A DNA stretch of 64,000 nucleotides from Candidatus Omnitrophota bacterium (GTDB lineage: Bacteria > Omnitrophota > Gorgyraeia > Gygaellales > Profunditerraquicolaceae). This document shows positions 46,160 to 56,694 of this stretch, piece by piece. The translations under genes and the position numbers were made by a program. The DNA lies in assembly GCA_025453395.1 (NCBI GenBank), contig JALOQK010000001.1, positions 10,244 through 74,243 of the forward strand, read 5' to 3'. Numbering within the stretch: position 1 is the first letter of the stretch; the number at the start of each line of letters is the position of its first letter. The notes below the pieces were generated by a model. That model had not been told where the DNA came from. It ran no database searches and worked only from the letters and a program-made list of their open reading frames with translations.

Positions 46160-48066
46160 TTTAATATGTCAAACCAAACCAGTTTCCCGTCCTTATCAAA
46201 ATAACCGATACTATGCGCGATAATCAAAAAGCCCTCGTCGTAAAATCTTGGCCTTTTTGCCCCAATAATCTTCCCAAAAACAACTATATCCCTGTCTTCG
46301 ACCCTTTGGGCGATCCTCTGGGTAAAGCCGGGAAAAATGATCTTATTCTCGATGTATACGGCTCTTGGGAAAGGCAAAGGTTTTAGGGCCCAATATTCCG
46401 GATGATGCTCTGCCATACCCTGGCCAGGCCCAAGATAAAAAGCATGAAAACTTCTATAGCGCAAAGGATAATAACAATACGCTGCGTCAACTCTCTCAAA
46501 AGAAGGCTGCGGCCACATTATATGTATTGTCCGCATATCCGTAGGGGTTAAAATTTCACCCAGATGGCCAAATTTTTGCCTTATCTGGTCTTCTGTAACC
46601 TCAAAGCGCCTTGTATCTTTACCTGATAAATTCGCCAACCTTAAAAAAAGGGGAATCGCTATTAAACACGCAAAGAATATAATATACAGCTTGATTATTT
46701 GAGGATAAAAAGTCTTTGGCGTAAATCCAAACTCTGCTTTAACATTTTTCTTGCCCTGGAAGCCTTCAAACAGAACAAATACCCCTGCTGCCAGCAGGCA
46801 ATACATAACAATCTCCAAGGACATCCATTCACGGTCTCCTCCCATGCCGCCGTTAAATAATAATGATAATAACATCCCGGCAAAATATAAAATTATGAAT
46901 ATGCGCTGATGCCTTGGCGCAAAAAATAAAATACGCAATAATCCAATTACGGCAAAAACATTGAAGAATAATCTATTCTTCAATAATAAAATAACCAATG
47001 CCGCGATAAATAATATCGCCTTGCCCCTCTTGGCTTTTAAAGAAAACAATTGCTTGATCCTTTCCCGGTCGTAAAAATACAAAAGAAGAATCAGGAATAT
47101 GCATGCCACAAAATACGCTCCGCCCGTTTTTTCATTGCTAAAAGCGCCGAAGATGTCTCTTGCGAAGAATTTAAAGGTCCACCTTAAACCCTCAAGCAAA
47201 TTTTCCGGATGCTCAACTGCTTGCTTTAGCGCCCCCAAATACAAGGCCTTCACCATGCCGGGGTTATCGTTTTGGATATAAGAAATAGCTACGTTTTTAT
47301 CCGAATAGATATCCGATGTAAACCCTGTTCCGCGATGCGCCTGCTGCCAGATCCTTATTGCAAAAACCTCGTTTGATTCAGTAGTGCAATAAAACTTAAC
47401 TGAAAAAAGATAAAAACTTATCCCCATAAAAACTGATAAGACAGCAACTAGCGTGAGTTTCAGCGATTTCTTGGAAAAGCCGTTTAAGAAAACCGGGAAC
47501 AAGGCAACTGTTACAAGCGACAGGAAATCCCAAGGCCTTATGGTTTGCGCTAAGGCAATAAAAAAACACGCCATAAAATAATGATTTAGAGAAAAATCAT
47601 GGAAACTTCTTATTATTAAAGCAAAGGCTATAACTAAAAGCGGCTGGGCCAGAACCTCTGTGGCAAGGCTTAACTGTAAAGGCGCATTCCACATGGCAAG
47701 AAACGACAAAAATACTACTATAAATATATTATTACGCAGATCCTTTAAAAGATAAAAAGCAGTCAAGAAACTTGCTATATTTAAGAATATAAAAAAGGCT
47801 GAATATAAAACATAATTATATTTAAACAAGAATCCCAGGATTGTTAAAACTAGCGGGAATATCGGCCTGCCGGGCAGCTTAATTCCATCAACGATATCCT
47901 TTGCGCAATCAAGCCATAACAAGGCGTCATTAATAGGATGCAGCCCCATCCTGAAAACGCCAATCTGATAATTACCGGCTGTCGGCAGAAGGATCATTAA
48001 ACGAAAAGAAACAAGCGCCAATATTAAAACCAGGCAAAATAAGATAAAGCGTTTGCTCATAAGCAA
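46156..48066 (-). CDS. multi-pass membrane protein (possibly GT-C fold)
   Basis: 636 aa, about 12 hydrophobic segments. Confidence 0.7.
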   Translation of the reverse strand: MLMSKRFILFCLVLILALVSFRLMILLPTAGNYQIGVFRMGLHPINDALLWLDCAKDIVDGIKLPGRPIFPLVLTILGFLFKYNYVLYSAFFIFLNIASFLTAFYLLKDLRNNIFIVVFLSFLAMWNAPLQLSLATEVLAQPLLVIAFALIIRSFHDFSLNHYFMACFFIALAQTIRPWDFLSLVTVALFPVFLNGFSKKSLKLTLVAVLSVFMGISFYLFSVKFYCTTESNEVFAIRIWQQAHRGTGFTSDIYSDKNVAISYIQNDNPGMVKALYLGALKQAVEHPENLLEGLRWTFKFFARDIFGAFSNEKTGGAYFVACIFLILLLYFYDRERIKQLFSLKAKRGKAILFIAALVILLLKNRLFFNVFAVIGLLRILFFAPRHQRIFIILYFAGMLLSLLFNGGMGGDREWMSLEIVMYCLLAAGVFVLFEGFQGKKNVKAEFGFTPKTFYPQIIKLYIIFFACLIAIPLFLRLANLSGKDTRRFEVTEDQIRQKFGHLGEILTPTDMRTIHIMWPQPSFERVDAAYCYYPLRYRSFHAFYLGPGQGMAEHHPEYWALKPLPFPRAVYIENKIIFPGFTQRIAQRVEDRDIVVFGKIIGAKRPRFYDEGFLIIAHSIGYFDKDGKLVWFDILK

Positions 48067-48117
48067 ATAGTAATATACATTGTGCTTTTATGATATAATA
48101 ATTTAGATAAAAAGGAG

Positions 48118-48450
48118 GTGTTTATGGATATTAATTTATTCCTTACTAATACACAACAAATGCTGGCCCCTTATTTGGAGCAATTAAGGTTATTTAAATT
48201 TTCAGTATTAAACCCGGTGATCTGGGCCATCGCGCTTATCGTTTTCTTTATACTCTCCCGCAACTGGAACGCTAATAAAGCCTTTAGCTTTTGCATAATC
48301 ACGCTTCTTATACTTTTTAGCCAAACATTTGTCAGCGACCACCTTAGTTCATCTTATGCGCTGGTGTTTGACTCATCTGTAGTCAGAATAATATTCGCGG
48401 TATTTTTCTTTATTGTCCTCTTATATTATATTTTTATACGCGAGGATTAA
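48118..48450 (+). CDS. small membrane protein, the only credible + strand gene
   Basis: AGGAGG RBS, TATAAT upstream, three hydrophobic helices. Confidence 0.7.
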   Translation: MFMDINLFLTNTQQMLAPYLEQLRLFKFSVLNPVIWAIALIVFFILSRNWNANKAFSFCIITLLILFSQTFVSDHLSSSYALVFDSSVVRIIFAVFFFIVLLYYIFIRED

Positions 48451-48475
48451 AGCCTTCGCTGATTAATATTTTACA

Positions 48476-48548
48476 CACGCCCGAGTGGAGTCGAACCACC
48501 AATAGCCAGTTCCGAAGACTGGTGCCCTATCCATTAGGCTACGGGCGC
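48476..48548 (-). tRNA. tRNA-Arg(TCG)
   Basis: GCGCCCG/CGGGCGT stem, CCAGT-CTTCGGA-ACTGG arm, GGTTCGACTCC. Confidence 0.93.
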
Positions 48549-48653
48549 ATAGTAAATGCGCGACTTGCGCCTGCCGGCAGGCAATACCGCCGCAGAAAGC
48601 GGCGCAGCTTACATCCATTTATACAAGAAGAAACGCAATACCCGCAAATCTTC

Positions 48654-49367
48654 CTATATAATCTGGCAATTATCGCCTAAGAATTCTTTTATTTCCTTAA
48701 GCCGGTTTGCGCTTGGCGCGTTTATCCCGGGCTGCGCAGTAACCCGCACCGGAGAATTAAGCTGTATTTTGTCGGGATTAATTCTCAGGATAGCCTTTTT
48801 CAAACTCACTACATGTTCTCGGCTGTCATTTATCCCAGCAATCAACATCACCTCAAGCCAAATCTTGCCCTTATATTCCTTTCGCAAACAAATAAGGCTT
48901 TTTATGATATCTTTAACCTTTATTCCGGGTAAAGGGCAATCTACGCGCCGGAAAATATCCTGGCTGACAGCGTCAAGCGATGGGATAATCAAATCTGCCT
49001 GAAGGATCTGTTTTCTGACCTTCTGCCTGGTCAAAAGAAAACTGTTGGTAATTACCGCAACCGGGATATTAGTGATTTTCTTAACCTGGCCGATCAAATA
49101 ACCAATTTCACTGTGCAACAACGGCTCCCCGCTGCCAGAAAAAGTAATATAATCTACCTTTTCATCGGCATGAGCTTTCAACCAGCTTTTTAGCTCTTTA
49201 ATCACCTGCGGGGAAGCAACATATTCCTTAAGGCGCATAGTTTTATGGGTAACCCTGCCAAGCTGACAATATACACAATCAAAAGTACATGTCTTATATG
49301 GGGTTAGATTAATGCCTAAAGAATTGCCTAGTCTACGGGATTTTAAAGGTCCGAATATGTATTTCAT
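48654..49367 (-). CDS. radical SAM protein (TYW1-related small family)
   Basis: FGP..SRRLG.SLGIN, CTFDCVYC, GSGEP. Confidence 0.88.
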   Translation of the reverse strand: MKYIFGPLKSRRLGNSLGINLTPYKTCTFDCVYCQLGRVTHKTMRLKEYVASPQVIKELKSWLKAHADEKVDYITFSGSGEPLLHSEIGYLIGQVKKITNIPVAVITNSFLLTRQKVRKQILQADLIIPSLDAVSQDIFRRVDCPLPGIKVKDIIKSLICLRKEYKGKIWLEVMLIAGINDSREHVVSLKKAILRINPDKIQLNSPVRVTAQPGINAPSANRLKEIKEFLGDNCQII

Positions 49368-49370
49368 GGC

Positions 49371-49423
49371 ATAAAATAAAACTCGCTTTCAAAAGATACT
49401 TAAGGTCTTTAGAAAGCGAGTTT
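49371..49423 (-). terminator. intrinsic terminator-like hairpin
   Basis: AAACTCGCTTTC/GAAAGCGAGTTT followed by ATTTTAT. Confidence 0.6.
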
Positions 49424-49434
49424 GATAAATAAAA

Positions 49435-49707
49435 TTACTTGACTTCAATTATGCTATTTTGCGTACCAAAAGAATTAGCGATATTGCTTGAGCTGGGGTC
49501 ATTTACCCAGTTCCCATCAACAAAAAATTTATATTCATACCTTCCGGGCTTAAGGCTCTTCTTAATCATCCAGCTGCCCTTAATCCCCTTCTTAGCTTTA
49601 ATGGAGCCTGTATCCCAATTATTAAAATTACCTGCTAAGCTGACACACTTGGCGCTAGGCGCGTAAAGCTTAAATTCAACCGTCTTTGACCGCATTGTTT
49701 TAACCAT
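49435..49707 (-). CDS. stand-alone CBM48/AMPK-type glycogen-binding protein
   Basis: AGNFNNW, GRYEYKFFVDGNW..DP, N.FG..NS; GGAGG RBS. Confidence 0.9.
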   Translation of the reverse strand: MVKTMRSKTVEFKLYAPSAKCVSLAGNFNNWDTGSIKAKKGIKGSWMIKKSLKPGRYEYKFFVDGNWVNDPSSSNIANSFGTQNSIIEVK

Positions 49708-49728
49708 CCCACCCTCCTTTGTTAAGTA

Positions 49729-49757
49729 GTTATACCTAACAATTCAGTTTATGTCAA
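49729..49757 (-). promoter_or_regulatory. sigma70 promoter
   Basis: TTGACA-17 nt-TATAAC. Confidence 0.65.
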
Positions 49758-49785
49758 GAAGTTTGTATCATCTTGTCATGTAATG

Positions 49786-50589
49786 CTATACGCTTACTAT
49801 TGAGATGTCGTTTCTTTGCGCCAAAAGAATGCTCTGTTCTGGGTCGATAAAAAGGGTTTTCCCTGCCTCAAAAGCAAGGCAAGAACAGCCCGCGTGAATC
49901 ATAGTTTTAATAGTATTTAAACCCACAACCGGAACGTCAAAGCGCAAATCCTGGCAAGGCTTACTTACTTTTACAATCACGGTTTTACGCCCGCCCACAA
50001 TGCCTGCGCGGCGGATCAAATTGTCTGTCCCTTCCAACGCCTCAACCGCTACGATGGCCTTATTTTTGACTGCCACAGCCTGCCCTATATCCAAAAGCGC
50101 GATCTCTTTGGCAAGCGCGAATCCAAAATACACATCCTCCCAAGTATCAAAGCCAGGGGCATTCTTAGTAAGCTGCCCCTTCTTGGGCATATAATCTTCT
50201 AAAAACAATGTAGAGCTAATAAGCGTTATCCCGTGCTCTTCTAATTTCGAGGCAATCGCTGCGAATATTGTATCCGCGCGCCTGTCTTTTAAATCCTGCA
50301 ACAAAGCCGATAAGGCCGGGTCATTATTTACTTCTTTACTAAAAAGCCTCCATGGGCTTATTTGCCCGGCCATAACCACCTTTGTAACTTCTTCGGACTT
50401 AAATATATCAAACATCCTGGAGAACCGGCTTAAATCTAACCAGTAAACTTTGTCCACCAGGCGCGATATACTGCGGCAGGTATCGCCTTTTATGGCGATG
50501 GCCACTGTTCCCAAACCTTTTTTCTTTGCTTCTTTAGCAAAAAGCAATGGGAATTTACGGTTACCGGCGATTATTCCTATTTTTTCCAT
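49786..50589 (-). CDS. lpxI: UDP-2,3-diacylglucosamine diphosphatase LpxI
   Basis: GIIAG, DIGQ, AVEALEGTD, KP.QDLRFDVP; follows lpxA. Confidence 0.93.
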   Translation of the reverse strand: MEKIGIIAGNRKFPLLFAKEAKKKGLGTVAIAIKGDTCRSISRLVDKVYWLDLSRFSRMFDIFKSEEVTKVVMAGQISPWRLFSKEVNNDPALSALLQDLKDRRADTIFAAIASKLEEHGITLISSTLFLEDYMPKKGQLTKNAPGFDTWEDVYFGFALAKEIALLDIGQAVAVKNKAIVAVEALEGTDNLIRRAGIVGGRKTVIVKVSKPCQDLRFDVPVVGLNTIKTMIHAGCSCLAFEAGKTLFIDPEQSILLAQRNDISIVSV

Positions 50590-50592
50590 TGT

Positions 50593-51384
50593 TTAATCGT
50601 TTGATCTAAAACGGCAGGAACGGCTTAATCCCCTTTCAGAACTAAGGATAAAATTCAAAAGATAGCTTAGCTCATCATTAAGGGTAATTTCCTGTTTGAT
50701 TTTTTCTACCGCGTGCTTTGGTGAAATGCCAGAATTAAAAACAAAACGAAAGGCCTTATCCAAACTATCAATCGCTTCTTTCTTGATCCCGTGGCGCCTT
50801 AGGCCAATTAAATTAAGCCCGTAAACTTTAGCCGGATGCCCGTCGCAAGTAGAAAATGGCGGGATATCCTGAACCACTTTAGAACAACCGCCAATGATAG
50901 AAAGCATGCCTACGCGCACAAACTGATGAACCGCCACAAGTCCCCCGATAACAGCTTTGTCTTCTACGGTTACATGCCCTGCTAAAGTAGCATTGTTGGC
51001 AAAAATACAATTATTTCCTACCTGGCAATCATGAGCCACATGCGAATAAGCCATCAATAAATTATTATTGCCAATAATGGTTTTACCACCGTCGGATGTC
51101 CCGGGATTAAGCGTGCAATACTCGCGGATAATATTGTTATCGCCTATTTCAAGAAAACTATGTTCTCCCTTATATTTTAGATCTTGCGGTGCGCTTCCCA
51201 CTACTGCGCCTGTGTAAATCTGGCAATCTTTGCCCATAGTGGTATTCCCGTCAATCAGGCAGTGCGCGCCGATCTTAGAATTATCGCCTATTGCCACATT
51301 ATCAGTGATAATCGCATACGCCCCCACAGAAATATTCTTGCCTAACTTGGCTTTCTCAGAAATTATCGCTGTTTTATGTATCAT
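50593..51384 (-). CDS. lpxA: acyl-ACP--UDP-GlcNAc O-acyltransferase
   Basis: PQDLKY, HVAHDC, LAGHV, HQF, GLNLIGLRR. Confidence 0.96.
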   Translation of the reverse strand: MIHKTAIISEKAKLGKNISVGAYAIITDNVAIGDNSKIGAHCLIDGNTTMGKDCQIYTGAVVGSAPQDLKYKGEHSFLEIGDNNIIREYCTLNPGTSDGGKTIIGNNNLLMAYSHVAHDCQVGNNCIFANNATLAGHVTVEDKAVIGGLVAVHQFVRVGMLSIIGGCSKVVQDIPPFSTCDGHPAKVYGLNLIGLRRHGIKKEAIDSLDKAFRFVFNSGISPKHAVEKIKQEITLNDELSYLLNFILSSERGLSRSCRFRSND

Positions 51385-51388
51385 GTTC

Positions 51389-52693
51389 TTAAGGCTCCAC
51401 AATAGCAAACATCAATTCCGCTTCTGCTACCACTTTTCCATCTACCCTGGCCTTGCCAAAGACTTGGCCGGTGCGAGACTTTACTTTTCCTACGATCACT
51501 TCAAAAACAAGCTGATCCCCCGGGACAACCGTCTTCCTGAATTTTACATTATTCATAGTCATGAAGAACGCCAGCTTCCCCCTGTTTTCCGGCACAGCAA
51601 GCATCATTACTCCTCCCACCTGCGCCATGGCCTCTAAAATAATCACCCCCGGCATAACCGGTTTGCCCGGGAAATGCCCCTTAAAAAAATAATCATTCAT
51701 GGTAACATTCTTGATCCCCACGGCGCGCTTGCCTAATTCTATTTCGGTGATCCTGTCCACAAAAAGAAACGGCTCTCTGTGCGGCAGGATAGCCATAATC
51801 TTCTCAACATCAAGCAGGTCTCCGGAATTAATTACCAAATCTTGTCTGGAACTGTTAGCAGATTGATCCATGATTTTTTTCATCATATTCACGTTTAAGG
51901 CGTGCCCGCTTTTTACCGCCACGATATGCGCCTTTAAAACTCCTGTTAAAAGATACGCGTCTCCAATAAGATCTAATATTTTATGCCGGACAAATTCATT
52001 GCTAAAACGAAGCTTATTCTTGATCACCCCTGTTTTGCCTACGACCAGAGTATTATCATAATTAGCCCCCAGGCCAAGCCCGTTTTTCTGTAAAAGCCCT
52101 GCTTCTTCTTCAAGACAAAATGTGCGCGAAGGCGCGATTTCTTTCTTAATATATTCTGGGGTTATAACGGCCTCAAAAAAATCGCTTTTAATAAAATCAT
52201 CGTTATATTGTAAAGTATAAGAAATCTTGAATTCATTGCTTGGAAAAACTGCCAAAGATGCTGCGCCTGCATGTATCATCATCGGCTCTTTAACAACAAA
52301 AACATTGCGCGGTTTGGACTGTTTAGCCACCCCCGCCTTTTCAAGCGCTTCTATAAAAAGAAGGCTGCTTCCGTCCATGCCGGGCAATTCCTCATGGTCG
52401 ATCTCTACGATCAGATTATCAATTTCCATAGCGCGCAAGGCAGCCATCAGATGCTCAATAGTAAATACTTGCGCCCCATCCTTTGAAATACAGGTACAGC
52501 GCGGGCTTGACGACTGTGAAAGGGCATTCTCCACGCAGGCCTTAACCTGCGGCTTATTCTGAAGGTCAACCCGCACAAAAATAATCCCCGTATCTTCAAC
52601 AGCCGGCTTAAAGACAACAGTTGCAATTTTTCCTGTATGAAGGCCTATGCCTTTTAAGGAAAACTCGCGCGCGATAGTATTTTGATTATTCAT
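51389..52693 (-). CDS. lpxC: bifunctional LpxC/FabZ
   Basis: GIGLHTG, IEHL, DGSS, RHKILD, GH; then LPHREPFL, GHFP..PVMPG..EAMAQ. Confidence 0.96.
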   Translation of the reverse strand: MNNQNTIAREFSLKGIGLHTGKIATVVFKPAVEDTGIIFVRVDLQNKPQVKACVENALSQSSSPRCTCISKDGAQVFTIEHLMAALRAMEIDNLIVEIDHEELPGMDGSSLLFIEALEKAGVAKQSKPRNVFVVKEPMMIHAGAASLAVFPSNEFKISYTLQYNDDFIKSDFFEAVITPEYIKKEIAPSRTFCLEEEAGLLQKNGLGLGANYDNTLVVGKTGVIKNKLRFSNEFVRHKILDLIGDAYLLTGVLKAHIVAVKSGHALNVNMMKKIMDQSANSSRQDLVINSGDLLDVEKIMAILPHREPFLFVDRITEIELGKRAVGIKNVTMNDYFFKGHFPGKPVMPGVIILEAMAQVGGVMMLAVPENRGKLAFFMTMNNVKFRKTVVPGDQLVFEVIVGKVKSRTGQVFGKARVDGKVVAEAELMFAIVEP

Positions 52694-52695
52694 AT

Positions 52696-53730
52696 TTATT
52701 TCTTAATCCTGGATTCCAACTCTTCTATTTTCTTCTTTAATTCTTTTATCGTTTGATAAAGCCTGGGCAAATTCTGCACGCAGGCATTTACCTTGATCGC
52801 CTGTTCATGGATTCTTGCCGGATAGCCGGATACGATCGTCCCGGCAGAAACAGACTTAGTTACCCCTGCCTGCGCTGCGACAATCGCGCCGTCTCCAACA
52901 GTCAAATGGCCGGATAAACCTGCTTGCCCGGCCAAAGTAACATTATCCCCGATGATATTACTTCCGGAAATCCCTACCTGCGCAATTACCAAACAATTCT
53001 TTCCGATAACAACATTATGAGCTATCTGCACCAGATTATCTATCTTGGTGCCCTTGCCGATTAAAGTTTTGTCAAAACGCGCCCTGTCAATGGTAACATT
53101 AGCGCCTATCTCTACATCATCTTCCACAACTACTGTCCCAAGCTGCGGGATTTTCTGATGTTTGCCCTCTACGGCAACAAAACCAAAACCATCAGAACCA
53201 ACTACTGTGCCACTATGGATAATCACCCTGTCTGCAATAGAAACATTTTCCCGGATGCAAACATGAGAATAGATAAGAGTGTCTTTGCCGATTTTCGCCT
53301 GGTAACCAATATAGGATAAAGGATAGATAACCGTGTTATCCCCGATAACTGCTTTATCCGCGACAACAGTATACGCGCCCAAAGAAACATTCTTTCCTAA
53401 AACAACCCCCTTGCCTATTATTGCCGTAGGGGCAATTCCCGCGGGATGCTTAACCTCTAAATCCAGAAAATGCGCGGCAAGTTTTGAAAAAGCAAGCGAA
53501 GGGTCATCAACGCGGATAACCGGCTTAGAAATACCCGTTACATCTCTTGCGGTAATAATCGCTTTTGCTTTAGTCTCTTTGACAAAGGGAAGATACTTAG
53601 GATTAGCAAGAAAAGTAATATCGCCCTGTCCAGCTTCTTTTATCCCGCAGATTCCGGTAATAACTATATTACCGTCTCCAAGAAGTTCGCCCTCTAATAA
53701 CTGAGCAATTTCCTTAAGGCTCTTTTGCAT
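52696..53730 (-). CDS. lpxD: UDP-3-O-acylglucosamine N-acyltransferase
   Basis: [26 protein letters not shown]. Confidence 0.96.
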   Translation of the reverse strand: MQKSLKEIAQLLEGELLGDGNIVITGICGIKEAGQGDITFLANPKYLPFVKETKAKAIITARDVTGISKPVIRVDDPSLAFSKLAAHFLDLEVKHPAGIAPTAIIGKGVVLGKNVSLGAYTVVADKAVIGDNTVIYPLSYIGYQAKIGKDTLIYSHVCIRENVSIADRVIIHSGTVVGSDGFGFVAVEGKHQKIPQLGTVVVEDDVEIGANVTIDRARFDKTLIGKGTKIDNLVQIAHNVVIGKNCLVIAQVGISGSNIIGDNVTLAGQAGLSGHLTVGDGAIVAAQAGVTKSVSAGTIVSGYPARIHEQAIKVNACVQNLPRLYQTIKELKKKIEELESRIKK

Positions 53731-53739
53731 GCCCTTATC

Positions 53740-54240
53740 TTATTTCTTATAGGTACTATTTAACATCTCTATAATCTTATCCGTAACATCCATGCCTTTG
53801 GGCTGATAGGCAACCGCCGCGGCATCAAAGATCATAGTATAGCCTTCCTTCTCTGCGTACTCGGTGATTGTTTTCTTGATATCCTGCGAAAGCTCCATCG
53901 CCCTCTGCCCCTGCTCTTTACGAAGGTCTGACTGTCTCTGCTGAGCTAAACTCTGCAGCTCTTTGTATTTACCTTCAAACTCAGAAGCCTTGGTTTCTTT
54001 TTCTTTATCGCTTAAAAGAGCAATTTTATCCCTTAAGGTCTTTACTTCATTTTGTTTTTTATCAAGCTCTGCCGTGTACGCGGCCTGCTTATCCTCAAGA
54101 AGCTTGGTATAATCTTTGGCCTTACTATACGCGTCGCCTATCCTGTCAATGCTGACATAACCAAATTTGTAATCTGCCCCAAAACAATTAAGCGCCACTA
54201 ACATCGCGATAATCCCCACGAACAAAGATGTTTTCTTCAT
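53740..54240 (-). CDS. skp: Skp/OmpH chaperone
   Basis: signal peptide, coiled coil, GY.MIFD..DVT; between bamA and lpxD. Confidence 0.88.
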   Translation of the reverse strand: MKKTSLFVGIIAMLVALNCFGADYKFGYVSIDRIGDAYSKAKDYTKLLEDKQAAYTAELDKKQNEVKTLRDKIALLSDKEKETKASEFEGKYKELQSLAQQRQSDLRKEQGQRAMELSQDIKKTITEYAEKEGYTMIFDAAAVAYQPKGMDVTDKIIEMLNSTYKK

Positions 54241-54279
54241 TGCTGTTTCTCCTTTCAAGTTTTTATTATTTTTAAAAGA

Positions 54280-56625
54280 TTAGAAGCCGTGGCTTATATT
54301 AAAATGGAATTTCCCGCTTTTGGTGTCTTCGCCAGGCTCTTTATTAAGTGGGATACCATAATCAAGCATCAAAGGGCCAATAGGAGTTTTTACTCTAACA
54401 CCTAAGCCAATGCCAGTCTTAAAGCCTCCTTTGCCTAAATCATTTTGCTTAGCCCAAACATTGCCTACATCATAAAACGCTGCCAATTTCAAGAAATCGT
54501 ATAGTGGATAAAGATATTCAATATTGCCAATAAGCAGCGCCTCGCCACCCAAGGGATCTTTAGAAACTGGGTCAATTGGCCCAACCTTGCGCTCATCATA
54601 ACCGCGCACAGTCGTAGCGCCTCCAGCAAAAAATCTTTCGTATATTGGAATTTCATCGGAGTTGCCATAAGGGCTTGCCAAACCAAGTCTGCCGCGGAAT
54701 TCCAAAGATGAATTCCTCCATAAAGGCACAAAGTGCGATGCCCTGCCGAAAAATTTAGTAAAATCTTTGCTTGCTCCCAATGGGCCACCGGCAACCTCCA
54801 TAGAACCGGTTAATAAATCCCCTTTCACAGGAGAAAAGACATTGTCCCTGCTATCAAAAGACATGCCAAACTGGACGCTGCTTATAGTGTTCTTGCCTAT
54901 TTCTTTTCTTAAGTCATTAGTAGCATCATCTGAAATATTGCTTATATCAATCTGATCATAACGATACATAAGATCTGCTTTTACATATTCTGAAATTTCT
55001 TTTCCCAAGCGCAAATCCCCTCCGGTAACATCCTCATCGTAACCGTAACCTACATTCTGCTCTCTTTTATGGCTTCTTTTATAGGCATCAAATCCAAAAG
55101 ATACCGGATAATCAAACATCCACGGCTCGGTAAAACTCAAATCAAAACCGCTGCTTAAATTACCTAAAGAAGCGCGCAGCCTTAAGTCTTGGCCGGCTCC
55201 GGTAAAATAGGGGAAATTCCTCCAGTCAAAATTTTTCTGCTCTATCTCTACAAAGCCGATAAACTGCTCAACAGTACTATAGCCTCCGCCAAAACTAAAA
55301 GACCCGGTCTTGGATTCTTTAACATCCACAATAAGGTCCTTTTTATCCGGAACAGAGGTATCTTTTGTATCGTAACTTACCTCTTCAAAAAATCCTAAAT
55401 TCTGCAGGCGCTCTTTGCTGCGCCTTAATTTCTCTCCATCAAATTTATCTGCGGGATGAATCCTTAATTCACGCCTAACCACTATATCCTTGGTCTTGAC
55501 ATTACCGGTAACCATGATTTTATCCACATAGGCGATCTGATTCTCGGTAATCTTATAAGAAATATCTACGCGGTTTGTATCAGCATTTAAAGAGGCAGAG
55601 CTTGTTATGTCAGCGGATATGTAACCTTTGTCAAAATACAAAGAACGGATGCTTGCGGAGTCATCCTTAACTGCTTCGTGGCTAAAAACTTTTCCGCTTG
55701 AACAAGCCTTTATTTGCGCCAATATATCCTTAAGGCTTACGTCATTATTCCCCTCAATCACAACATTGCCGACATAATAACGTTTTCCCTCGGTAATAAT
55801 AATGTTAACATACAGCCAGTTATTCTTCTTGCCATCAGCTCTTACCTGAGACAGCACATCCGCGTCAGTATAACCTTCGCGGGCGTAAAAAGATTTTACC
55901 CTCTCAACGTCTTCTTTTAACACCTCATCCTTAAGTATGCCGGCGTTAAAAAGCCAGGCACTTTTGGTCTTTAACAATTTCTTGATCCTTTTGGCGGGAT
56001 ACGCCTTATTGCCTTCGATATTAATGCCCTTTATGATAACTTTCTTGCCCTCGTCTACTTTAAATTCAATTTTGACCTTGCCATTTTCAGGATTGGCAGA
56101 AACATCGTAATTTATCTTAACCTGGCTAAAGCCTATCTTCTCGTACATCTTTATCAGGGTCTTTACGTCATCACCTAAATTCGGATAATCCAGATACTGC
56201 CCTTGCTTGGATTTGAGGCTTTCTTTCAGCTTTTCATCGCGGGCAGTCAAACGGTTGATGCCGGAAAAGGAAATTTTCTCAATAAGCGGACGCTCAACAA
56301 CGTTAATAATAAGTTTAATTCCATCATTGTAATCTTGGGTATCTATCTTGATATCGCTAAAAAAGCCCAGAATATAAAGCCGCTTCAGGTCATCGCTTAT
56401 CACATTTTCCTGATAGGCTGACCCCACGCGGGTTTTTATCTTGGAAATTATAGTATTGGAACTAATAGACTTATTGCCTTTTATTTCAATAGCGGTAACC
56501 AGTTTTTCCTGTTTAGCGGCGGCCGCAGAAGTTTCTTTTTCAACAGCTTGTTGAGAAAACGCGGCAGGGATTAAAAATAAAAAAAAGATCGCCGCAAGGT
56601 AAAAAGCTATATATTTTTTGGGCAT
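54280..56625 (-). CDS. bamA: outer membrane protein assembly factor BamA
   Basis: POTRA repeats, VRGY motif, TPIGP, C-terminal F. Confidence 0.96.
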   Translation of the reverse strand: MPKKYIAFYLAAIFFLFLIPAAFSQQAVEKETSAAAAKQEKLVTAIEIKGNKSISSNTIISKIKTRVGSAYQENVISDDLKRLYILGFFSDIKIDTQDYNDGIKLIINVVERPLIEKISFSGINRLTARDEKLKESLKSKQGQYLDYPNLGDDVKTLIKMYEKIGFSQVKINYDVSANPENGKVKIEFKVDEGKKVIIKGINIEGNKAYPAKRIKKLLKTKSAWLFNAGILKDEVLKEDVERVKSFYAREGYTDADVLSQVRADGKKNNWLYVNIIITEGKRYYVGNVVIEGNNDVSLKDILAQIKACSSGKVFSHEAVKDDSASIRSLYFDKGYISADITSSASLNADTNRVDISYKITENQIAYVDKIMVTGNVKTKDIVVRRELRIHPADKFDGEKLRRSKERLQNLGFFEEVSYDTKDTSVPDKKDLIVDVKESKTGSFSFGGGYSTVEQFIGFVEIEQKNFDWRNFPYFTGAGQDLRLRASLGNLSSGFDLSFTEPWMFDYPVSFGFDAYKRSHKREQNVGYGYDEDVTGGDLRLGKEISEYVKADLMYRYDQIDISNISDDATNDLRKEIGKNTISSVQFGMSFDSRDNVFSPVKGDLLTGSMEVAGGPLGASKDFTKFFGRASHFVPLWRNSSLEFRGRLGLASPYGNSDEIPIYERFFAGGATTVRGYDERKVGPIDPVSKDPLGGEALLIGNIEYLYPLYDFLKLAAFYDVGNVWAKQNDLGKGGFKTGIGLGVRVKTPIGPLMLDYGIPLNKEPGEDTKSGKFHFNISHGF

Positions 56626-56694
56626 AATATAAAGGTTAGATTTATTAATAATATATTTGACTCAATATAGCATAGCTTTAATAAAAAGTAAATA

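Noticed and set aside
2533-48548. Intron-containing or split tRNAs as RtcB substrates
   Set aside because: All seven tRNAs fold as uninterrupted cloverleaves.
48654-49367. HydE substitute or true TYW1
   Set aside because: Too short and lacks HydE/BioB-type features; nothing links it to the hyd genes or tRNA modification.
51389-52693. LpxC-FabZ fusion as a novelty
   Set aside because: Well-known fusion in several diderm phyla.
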